In this document: piece by piece, positions 24,296-31,127 of the stretch | Layout: every line of letters begins with the position of its first letter | How positions within the stretch are numbered: the stretch's first letter is position 1 | NCBI RefSeq assembly: GCF_001766835.1 | Contig: NZ_LKEU01000026.1 | Location: 56,089 to 88,088 of the forward strand | DNA from: Acetobacterium wieringae | GTDB lineage: Bacteria > Bacillota > Clostridia > Eubacteriales > Eubacteriaceae | Length of the DNA stretch: 32,000 nt | Reading direction: 5' to 3' | Position numbers and translations under genes: made by a program | Notes under the pieces: generated by a model | The model's input: the letters and a program-made list of their open reading frames with translations, nothing else | Databases searched by the model: none | What the model was told of the DNA's origin: nothing

Positions 24296-26434
24296 ATGAA
24301 AAAAATGGATAGAAAAAAGAGTATCATCAAAAGTGAGCTCGAAAAGCTTAACAAAAACAACACGCACCGGTTTCACATGCCCGGTCATAAGGGTCGGGGT
24401 GAAGCCTTTGCCTTATACGACTATGATATTACCGAAATCCCCGGTGCAGATAATCTTCATGATGCCCAGGGGATCATCGCAAAGGCCCAGAAAAAACTGG
24501 CAACGATCTATCACAGCGATGAAGCGGCGATTCTGGTCAACGGCACCACCACTGGGATTCACAGTGCCATCCTGGGCAGCTGTGCTCCGGGTGAGCAGCT
24601 GCTGGTGCCCACCAACTGTCATCGGGCCGTTTTTGGGGCCCTGGGGCTGGGACGCATTGAAGGGGTTTTTATCACCCCGGAGATTGACCGCAACCTGGGC
24701 TTTGCCCACTCAATCAGTGAGGCTGCAGTTCGTCAGGCGCTGGCCAAAAATCCGCTCAGTAAGGGGATGATTTTGACCAATCCCAGCTATTATGGTACCA
24801 TCAGTGACTTAAAAACCATTGCCGCCATCCTTCATGAGCAGGGGAAATTTTTAATTGTTGATGAAGCCCACGGCGCCCATCTGCGCTTTAGTGACAAACT
24901 GCCGCCAGATGCCATTTCTGCTGGTGCCGACGTGGTGATTCAGAGTACCCATAAGATTCTGGGATCACTGACCCAAAGCTCCCTGCTTCATTTTCAGGGC
25001 AGCCGGGTCAATCGTCAGAAGATCAAAGCCTATCTCAGTCTGCTGCAAAGCTCATCCCCCAGCTATCCGCTGATGATCTCGGTGGAAGAGGCGGTGGATG
25101 CGGCCGCTGAAAAGGGCGAAACCGTATTTAATTCGATTGTGGCGGCCCATCAGGAATTTTGTCAGCAGCAGAATGGTCAGGAGCCGATTGTGCTGTATGG
25201 CGGAGAGAATCCGGAGCAGGATTATGATCGCAGCAAGTGGCTGTTTTGGACCCGGGGCATCACCGGAGCGGAAGTGGAAGCCCGGTTGTCAGCGGAGTAT
25301 GGCATTCAATGCGAAATGTCATCAGCGAATCATCTGCTGGCGATGACCGGCATGGGCACCACCCGGGCGGATCTGACAAGCTTAACGCAAGCTATCTGTG
25401 CTATAAATAAAACCATCAGGCGAGACGAAAAAGAACCTCAGCCCCCCCGACTGTGGCGGGAGCAGCTCGATTTTACGGCTGCTGTCCAAACCGAGATGCC
25501 GCTGTGGGAAGCCCTTGCCTGGGAGGAACGCTGTCAAATACCGCTGGAGCTGGCCATTGGGCAGCTGGTTGGGGATTTTATTATTCCCTATCCGCCGGGG
25601 ATCCCGGTTTTATTACCGGGCAGCCGGATCACCGCCGAAATGGTGGTATATTTAAACGACCTGCTGGATCATCAGGTGGCGGTGGTGGGGATTGATGCTA
25701 ACAGAGCAGTCACAATTATTAAAAAGGAGCCGGTAATCATGGAAAAGAATCATCAGGGACAATTGATCGTCATCGAAGGAGTGGATGGTAGCGGGAAACA
25801 GACCCAAACCCAACTGCTTTATGACCGGCTGGTAAAAGCGGGGGAAAACGTCATGAAAATCGCCTATCCCCGCTATGACAAAAAATCGTCAGCGCTGGTA
25901 AAATTATATCTGGAAGGGGCCTTCGGAAAAGATCCCGGGAGCATCAGCCCCTATATTGCTTCAACCTTTTACGCCGCCGACCGTTATGCCTCCTACAAGG
26001 AAGATTACGAGGACTTTCTTGCACAGGGGGGATTGGTGCTGGTCGATCGCTATACCACCTCGAATATGGTTCATCAGGCGGGAAAAATAAAGGATCCGGA
26101 CGAACGGAAACGTTTTCTTGACTGGCTCTGGGATTTTGAATTCAATCTCTATGGTCTGCCGGTTCCAGACCAGGTCTTTTTTCTGAACATTCCCCCGGAG
26201 ATCAATGAGCAGTTGATTAAAAACCGCAACAATAAAATAACCGGAAAACAGCAAAAAGATATTCACGAAAGCAGTCCCGAACATCTTAGAGATTCCTACC
26301 GCAGTGCCCTGGCGCTGGTGGCAGAATACGGCTGGACGGAAATCAATTGTGTTGCGGATAACCAACTGCGCAGTATAAATAGCATTCATCAGGAAATCTG
26401 GGAACGCATAAAGGAGCATAAATCAAATGATTGA
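24296..26434 (+). CDS. Single ORF fusing an Orn/Lys/Arg decarboxylase-family PLP enzyme (YaaO-like, aa 1-481) to thymidylate kinase (aa 482-712)
   Basis: - N-terminal part: HRFHMPGHKG, SDEAAILVNGTT and the STHK PLP-lysine motif.
- C-terminal part: QLIVIEGVDGSGKQTQ (P-loop) and VDRYTTSN.
- No stop codon separates the two parts.
- An internal AAGGAG (25724..25729) plus an ATG at 25739 is in frame at the junction, so Tmk could also be made separately. Confidence 0.85.
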   Translation: MKKMDRKKSIIKSELEKLNKNNTHRFHMPGHKGRGEAFALYDYDITEIPGADNLHDAQGIIAKAQKKLATIYHSDEAAILVNGTTTGIHSAILGSCAPGEQLLVPTNCHRAVFGALGLGRIEGVFITPEIDRNLGFAHSISEAAVRQALAKNPLSKGMILTNPSYYGTISDLKTIAAILHEQGKFLIVDEAHGAHLRFSDKLPPDAISAGADVVIQSTHKILGSLTQSSLLHFQGSRVNRQKIKAYLSLLQSSSPSYPLMISVEEAVDAAAEKGETVFNSIVAAHQEFCQQQNGQEPIVLYGGENPEQDYDRSKWLFWTRGITGAEVEARLSAEYGIQCEMSSANHLLAMTGMGTTRADLTSLTQAICAINKTIRRDEKEPQPPRLWREQLDFTAAVQTEMPLWEALAWEERCQIPLELAIGQLVGDFIIPYPPGIPVLLPGSRITAEMVVYLNDLLDHQVAVVGIDANRAVTIIKKEPVIMEKNHQGQLIVIEGVDGSGKQTQTQLLYDRLVKAGENVMKIAYPRYDKKSSALVKLYLEGAFGKDPGSISPYIASTFYAADRYASYKEDYEDFLAQGGLVLVDRYTTSNMVHQAGKIKDPDERKRFLDWLWDFEFNLYGLPVPDQVFFLNIPPEINEQLIKNRNNKITGKQQKDIHESSPEHLRDSYRSALALVAEYGWTEINCVADNQLRSINSIHQEIWERIKEHKSND

Positions 26435-26738
26435 AGATCAGTACACCTATTTAACCATGGCCGACTCCGACATGGATTTTATTCTGCTTAAGAATTATTT
26501 AAATGCCCACGGGATTGAGGTCATCACCAGGGAAAAAGGTTTTGGTGGACCAATTCGCAGTATTTTTATGGGAAACTTTACCCCCGCTCACATTGAGGTC
26601 TTTGTTAAAGACAGCGATTTCGAAATGGCCCTTGAGCTCCTGGATTATGAAGAATTCAGTGCTGAATTGGACAAAGAATTGGGACTGGATCGTGATGATT
26701 GGGATAACAGTGATGAGAAAAAGAAAAAACCCCATTAA
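26427..26738 (+). CDS. Small acidic protein, DUF2007-like (putative signal-transducing beta-alpha-beta fold) with acidic tail
   Basis: AAGGAG RBS. Overlaps the tmk stop by 8 nt. The pattern YLTMADSDMDFILLKNYLNAHGIEVITREKG....HIEVFVKDSDFEMALELL resembles the DUF2007 family. The C-terminus is rich in D/E/K. Confidence 0.55.
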   Translation: MIEDQYTYLTMADSDMDFILLKNYLNAHGIEVITREKGFGGPIRSIFMGNFTPAHIEVFVKDSDFEMALELLDYEEFSAELDKELGLDRDDWDNSDEKKKKPH

Positions 26739-26761
26739 TAACTGTCTTTGAGAGGAAAACT

Positions 26762-27748
26762 ATGTTTGAGATGATTCAGGGTCACCAAACCATTACCAAG
26801 CATCTTGCCAACGAAATAGATTCCCAGCAGGTAAGCCACGCTTACCTTTTTTCTGGAATCGACGGGATCGGAAAAAAGAAAACCGCCCAGGAGTTTGCCA
26901 AGGCCCTTTTATGTCAGGATCGGGAGAAGCCGGGTTGCGGACATTGTCCGGTTTGTCTTCAGATTGAGCATGAAAACTATCCAGATGTCAAAATAATTGA
27001 GCCCAAAGCGGGAGTCGACAGCATCAAGATCAGTCAGGTGCGAGAAATGATCAGCGAGCTGGCGATTAAACCCTATTCGGGAGACTGGCGCATTAATATC
27101 ATTGATGGGGCCGAAAAGATGACGCCAGAGGCCCAGAACAGCTTACTGAAGTCGTTGGAAGAACCGCTTAGTTATAATATTTTTATTCTGGTCACCAGCC
27201 ATCCCCAGTCCATCTTACCGACGATTCGCTCCCGCTGTCAAAGCTATCATTTTCAGCCGCTGAGCATGGTCGAAATGGAGGCTGCTTTTTTTGAGCAAGG
27301 TGAATTTGAAAAACAAGCAGTGACCGAAGCCGTCCGGGCTGCTGGGGGATCTCCGGGGATGGCCTTATACCTGCTTAATAATGGTGAGATTCAAAAAGAA
27401 AGAACTCACTATCTGCGGGAGCTTTACAGCTTGTTAAAAGGGGACGAGATAAAGATTTTTACCCTGGCCGAGGTTTTATCGAAGGATAAGGCCACCAGCC
27501 AGGAAATGCTGGAGTTTTTTATTCACTGGTTTTATGAGGTCAATCTACTTTTGGAAGGTCATCCACTGCCGCAGCAGGGGGAGCCGAATCCGGCCCATCG
27601 GGCCTACCATCAACTATTGGAAAATGAAAAAAATCAGGCGATCATTAAAACTTTGTTTGAAATGATGGCGACGATACAATATAATGTTAATTTAAGATTA
27701 CAATGGGAAAAGTGTTTCATTAAGATAATGAAAATTCAGAAAGGATAA
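26762..27748 (+). CDS. holB: DNA polymerase III delta-prime subunit
   Basis: SHAYLFSGIDGIGKKKTA, zinc module CQDREKPGCGHCPVC, SLLKSLEEP, and SRC motif TIRSRCQ. Confidence 0.92.
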   Translation: MFEMIQGHQTITKHLANEIDSQQVSHAYLFSGIDGIGKKKTAQEFAKALLCQDREKPGCGHCPVCLQIEHENYPDVKIIEPKAGVDSIKISQVREMISELAIKPYSGDWRINIIDGAEKMTPEAQNSLLKSLEEPLSYNIFILVTSHPQSILPTIRSRCQSYHFQPLSMVEMEAAFFEQGEFEKQAVTEAVRAAGGSPGMALYLLNNGEIQKERTHYLRELYSLLKGDEIKIFTLAEVLSKDKATSQEMLEFFIHWFYEVNLLLEGHPLPQQGEPNPAHRAYHQLLENEKNQAIIKTLFEMMATIQYNVNLRLQWEKCFIKIMKIQKG

Positions 27749-27753
27749 AGCCA

Positions 27754-28593
27754 ATGGGAAAATCAGTCGTCGGCGTACGATTTAAAAAAGTGGGCAAAAT
27801 ATATTATTTTGATCCCCTGGATATTGAGTTTGAACAGTTTGATCCGGTTATTGTGGAAACGGTCAGAGGCATTGAGTATGGTGAAATTGCACTGACTGCC
27901 AGAGATGTGGATGAAGCAGAAATAGTGGCTCCGGTAAAACCAGTGATCCGCAAAGCAACGGAAACAGATACCAGGGAGTTTAACAAACTCAAGCAAAATG
28001 AACAGGACGCCAAAGCAATTTTTATTGCCAAGGCCAAAAAGCACAAGCTGGAAATGAAACTGATCGATGTGGAGTATACCTTTGATCAGAAAAAGGCGAT
28101 TTTCTATTTTACTGCCGAAGGCCGGGTCGATTTCAGAGAGTTGGTCAAGGATCTGGCTTCGATTTTCAAGGTGCGGATTGAACTTCGACAAATCGGGGTG
28201 CGGGACGAGGCCAAATTATTCAAAGGCCTGGGTGTCTGCGGGCGGACGACCTGCTGTGCCCAGTGGCTGGGGGATTTTACCCCGGTATCGATAAAAATGG
28301 CCAAGGAACAGAACCTATCGCTCAATTCGACGAAGATTTCGGGGATCTGCGGTAGACTCTTATGTTGTCTGACCTATGAGCAGGAATTCTATGAAGAGGT
28401 TTCAAAAAAACTTCCCAAAGTGGGACAGCGTGTCATCACTGCCGATGGTGAGGGGGAAGTTTTCAAGTTAAGTATTCTGGAAGAAACCGTTTTCGTCAAA
28501 ATTCAGGTGAATAAGGATGAAACCGAGGTAAAAAAATATCTTCTGGAAGAAATTGAAGTAAAAAAATTCGAAAAAGTCAAAAAAGACAAATAA
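27754..28593 (+). CDS. ricT: PSP1-domain protein RicT (YaaT, stage 0 sporulation/regulatory iron-sulfur complex component)
   Basis: VGVRFKKVGKIYYFD N-terminus. RIELRQIGVRDEAK and GVCGRTTCCAQWL...GICGRLLCCLTYE cysteine clusters. Synteny after holB. Confidence 0.9.
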   Translation: MGKSVVGVRFKKVGKIYYFDPLDIEFEQFDPVIVETVRGIEYGEIALTARDVDEAEIVAPVKPVIRKATETDTREFNKLKQNEQDAKAIFIAKAKKHKLEMKLIDVEYTFDQKKAIFYFTAEGRVDFRELVKDLASIFKVRIELRQIGVRDEAKLFKGLGVCGRTTCCAQWLGDFTPVSIKMAKEQNLSLNSTKISGICGRLLCCLTYEQEFYEEVSKKLPKVGQRVITADGEGEVFKLSILEETVFVKIQVNKDETEVKKYLLEEIEVKKFEKVKKDK

Positions 28594-28598
28594 TCATC

Positions 28599-28626
28599 TT
28601 GATTTCACTTCAAAAAAGGATATAAT
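28599..28626 (+). promoter_or_regulatory. Candidate promoter of ferredoxin gene
   Basis: TTGATT at 28599..28604, a 16-bp spacer, then TATAAT at 28621..28626. Confidence 0.5.
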
Positions 28627-28662
28627 AAAGATGTTGTTAATGCTAAAAGGAGGGTTTTTTAG

Positions 28663-28830
28663 ATGGCTTATAAAATTACAGATGAATGTATTGCTTGTGG
28701 CTCTTGCATGGATGAATGTCCAGTAGAAGCAATTTCTGAAGGCGATATCTATGTTATCGATGCAGCTACATGTACTGACTGCGGCGCTTGTGCAGAACAA
28801 TGTCCAGTAGAAGCAATTGTTCAGGACTAG
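28663..28830 (+). CDS. Clostridial-type 2x[4Fe-4S] ferredoxin (55 aa)
   Basis: AAAGGAGGG RBS at 28646..28654. MAYKITDECIACGSCMDECPVEAISEGDIYVIDAATCTDCGACAEQCPVEAIVQD contains two CxxCxxCxxxCP motifs. Below the ORF-track cutoff. Confidence 0.93.
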   Translation: MAYKITDECIACGSCMDECPVEAISEGDIYVIDAATCTDCGACAEQCPVEAIVQD

Positions 28831-28845
28831 TTAGAAGTATGAAAA

Positions 28846-28881
28846 AAAGGCACCTTCCAGAATATTCTGGGAGGTGCCTTT
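28846..28881 (+). terminator. Strong palindromic hairpin after ferredoxin (bidirectional-type terminator)
   Basis: AAAGGCACCTTCCAGAAT|ATTCTGGGAGGTGCCTTT, 18-nt arms with one G-U pair. The A7 run on the 5' side is longer than the T3 run on the 3' side. Confidence 0.6.
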
Positions 28882-29018
28882 AACGTGGACTAATGCAATC
28901 AGTAATTTTTTATTAAATCATTTAAAATATTTAAGAGGGTGTTAAATAATAAGATATATGGGTAAATACCTGTTTAAGAAATAAAATCAATGACAGATTA
29001 AGATCTGGAGGAGGAAAA

Positions 29019-29180
29019 ATGCAAAAATATGTATGTGATATTTGCGGGTATATTTATGATCCTGAGGTAGGGGATCCTGACAGCGGCGTTGCACCAGGAA
29101 CCGCCTTTGAAGATATCCCCGAGGATTGGGTTTGCCCTTTGTGTGGCGTTTCAAAAGAAGATTTTTCACCAGAAGATTAG
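29019..29180 (+). CDS. Rubredoxin (53 aa)
   Basis: [64 protein letters not shown] contains the CxxCG...CPxCG rubredoxin signature. Below the ORF-track cutoff. Confidence 0.95.
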   Translation: MQKYVCDICGYIYDPEVGDPDSGVAPGTAFEDIPEDWVCPLCGVSKEDFSPED

Positions 29181-29192
29181 AAAAGTGCAATC

Positions 29193-29219
29193 AAAAAAGA
29201 GCCAAAGCTCTTTTTTTTA
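29193..29219 (+). terminator. Intrinsic terminator after rubredoxin
   Basis: AAAAAAGAGC-CAAA-GCTCTTTTTT followed by TT. Confidence 0.8.
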
Positions 29220-29268
29220 TGGGATCAATGGGTTATAATGAAAATGACTACAAAAACATGGAGGACAT

Positions 29269-29760
29269 ATGGCAGTTAAAGCACGGGAAACCCTTGAAAG
29301 CAAACAAATCAGCATCACAACCCTGGGGATATTAATGGTGGTGGTGGTTGGATATACGCTTCTATACAATCAGTTTGCCAATACCCTGGAAGATTATCGG
29401 TTAAAAACAATTGTTGGTGTGATCAGTCTGGTGATTATGATGGGGGGCTTTTTAATTTCACTGCGCTATATTACAACCATCTACGAGATGCTCATTACCC
29501 ATGACCAATTTACCATCGAACGAAAAATATTTTTTTGGAAAAAAACGGTACTGGAAATAAAAATAGATGACATAATAAAAATTCTGCCTATCGAAGAAGC
29601 TAAAAAGATCGAAGGACCAATGCGTAACTATACCCTGACAAATATGGACGGAAAACGAAAATATGTGATTCAATATAATAAACAGGGAAAAATTTGCTGT
29701 GCCAAGATCCAATGTACCGGGAAATTCCATGAAACCTTAAAAAAACAGGTCAAAATATAA
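29269..29760 (+). CDS. Hypothetical membrane protein: two TM helices plus a C-terminal PH-like (bPH_2/DUF304-like) domain
   Basis: GGAGGA RBS. Two hydrophobic helices (ISITTLGILMVVVVGYTLLY and IVGVISLVIMMGGFLISL) are followed by a beta-rich segment of about 90 aa. The family call is by architecture only. The gene is very AT-rich. Confidence 0.5.
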   Translation: MAVKARETLESKQISITTLGILMVVVVGYTLLYNQFANTLEDYRLKTIVGVISLVIMMGGFLISLRYITTIYEMLITHDQFTIERKIFFWKKTVLEIKIDDIIKILPIEEAKKIEGPMRNYTLTNMDGKRKYVIQYNKQGKICCAKIQCTGKFHETLKKQVKI

Positions 29761-29834
29761 TAGTTTTAAGGAAACCTTAAGGGAAATAGGGTATTATTTG
29801 GACATAACAAGTTACCCTCTTTCAAAGTTTTTAG

Positions 29835-29879
29835 AAAAAACCGAACGCTTTTCACACGGCTTCGGTTTTTTTCTTTTTT
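29835..29879 (+). terminator. Intrinsic terminator after the 2TM-PH-like gene
   Basis: AAAAAACCGAA...TTCGGTTTTTT stem followed by CTTTTTT. Confidence 0.75.
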
Positions 29880-29930
29880 GGATAAAAAAACTTTTGTGAT
29901 TCAGAAGAAATTTTAACAGGCAATTAGATG

Positions 29931-29960
29931 TTGTTAATGCGGTAATAAATCGGGTATAAT
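29931..29960 (+). promoter_or_regulatory. Candidate promoter of the Isf-like/thioredoxin pair
   Basis: TTGTTA at 29931..29936, an 18-bp spacer, then TATAAT at 29955..29960. Confidence 0.5.
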
Positions 29961-30001
29961 ACTCCTAAATAACTAAAGGATCCATCAGGAAAGGAAAATC
30001 T

Positions 30002-30568
30002 ATGGAAATCGTAGCAATTATGGGAAGCCACCGGAATGGTCAGAATACGCAGAAGGCCATCGACTATTTTATTAATAAAATTGAAGTTGAACACGAATTG
30101 TTTGAATATAATGTCAATAAGATCGACGTTCAGGCGTGTACGGCCTGTGATTATTGTATTCCGCATCAGGGCAAATGTGTCCTTGAGGATGATATGACCC
30201 AAATTTATCAAAAAATGGAGAGCTGTGATTTGCTGATCGTGGCCAGTCCCGTTTATTTCAGTGCTTTTCCCTCAAAAATTAAAGCGCTGATTGATCGAAC
30301 CCAGATGATTTATAACCTTAAGGATAAATCGAACATCAAAAAGAAAAAAATTCTGATCATCGGAATCGGTGGGGCACCTCATTATCCGAGGCAGTTTCAG
30401 GCCATGGATAATACCCTGGAGTGGTACAAAAAAACTCTGAGCTGTGATGAGATCGGCTTCGTCCAATTTTCCCATACCGATGAGCTGCCAGCGCTGGATA
30501 ATAAAAATTGTCTGGATGAGCTGGCAGAAATTGCAGCCAAAATTAATGGGCCATTGGCCAAGAATTAA
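30002..30568 (+). CDS. Flavodoxin-fold NADPH-dependent FMN reductase family protein, iron-sulfur flavoprotein (Isf)-like
   Basis: MEIVAIMGSHRNGQNT and LLIVASPVYFSAFPSKIKALIDR show the FMN reductase fold. A compact CTACDYCIPHQGKC (CX2CX2CX6C) cluster sits at the position of the Isf [4Fe-4S] motif. Confidence 0.75.
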   Translation: MEIVAIMGSHRNGQNTQKAIDYFINKIEVEHELFEYNVNKIDVQACTACDYCIPHQGKCVLEDDMTQIYQKMESCDLLIVASPVYFSAFPSKIKALIDRTQMIYNLKDKSNIKKKKILIIGIGGAPHYPRQFQAMDNTLEWYKKTLSCDEIGFVQFSHTDELPALDNKNCLDELAEIAAKINGPLAKN

Positions 30569-30598
30569 AAAATAATCAAAAAATAAGGAGAAATAAAA

Positions 30599-30919
30599 AT
30601 GGCAAAGATAATCGATCAAACCGAATTTGATACTCTGGTTTTAAAAGGTGAAGGTGTGGTCCTGGTAGATTTTTTTGCGACCTGGTGTGGGCCCTGTAAA
30701 GCCCTGGCACCGATTTTAGAAGAGGTGGCCGAGGAGTTGAAAGACAAGGTGGGCATTTATAAGGTCGACATCGATCAGACCCAGGGTCTGGCCCAGCAAT
30801 ACCGGGTAATGAGCGTGCCAACCATGAAGATTTTTAAAAGTGGCGAGGTGGTAGAAACCATCGTCGGGCTTCAATCAAAAGGGGTTTTACTGGAAAAGCT
30901 GAATTACTATGCCGGTTAG
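30599..30919 (+). CDS. Thioredoxin (second copy)
   Basis: AAGGAG RBS. FFATWCGPCKALAP active site. 106 aa. Confidence 0.93.
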   Translation: MAKIIDQTEFDTLVLKGEGVVLVDFFATWCGPCKALAPILEEVAEELKDKVGIYKVDIDQTQGLAQQYRVMSVPTMKIFKSGEVVETIVGLQSKGVLLEKLNYYAG

Positions 30920-30941
30920 GTAACAATAAGCCAGATGACAC

Positions 30942-30974
30942 GAATCACTTCATTTAAGAAGTGATTCTTTTTTT
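30942..30974 (+). terminator. Intrinsic terminator after thioredoxin
   Basis: GAATCACTTC-ATTTAA-GAAGTGATTC followed by TTTTTTT. Confidence 0.85.
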
Positions 30975-31127
30975 GCAGCTAAAAACCTTAAAAAAAATAA
31001 GGAGACCGTTTTCATTTTTGGACAAATAGGCTCTTTTGTCGCGATTTTCGACAAGTTTACAGAATCGTATAATTACAAGCGGAACGCCTGGTGCTATACT
31101 CCTTAAAGCAAGTGAAAGGAGTAAAAA

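Noticed and set aside
29126-29335. 69-aa plus-strand ORF from the track spanning the rubredoxin 3' end and its terminator
   Set aside because: It overlaps the rubredoxin CDS out of frame and reads through a strong intrinsic terminator. The downstream gene has its own RBS and ATG at 29269.
31021-31100. Inverted repeat GACAAA…TTTGTC and two candidate -10 elements (TATAAT 31068..31073; TGcTATACT 31092..31100) upstream of yhgE, as a TetR-type operator/promoter
   Set aside because: The half-sites are short, with poor or absent -35 hexamers, and no regulator gene is adjacent in the window. This is too weak to call.
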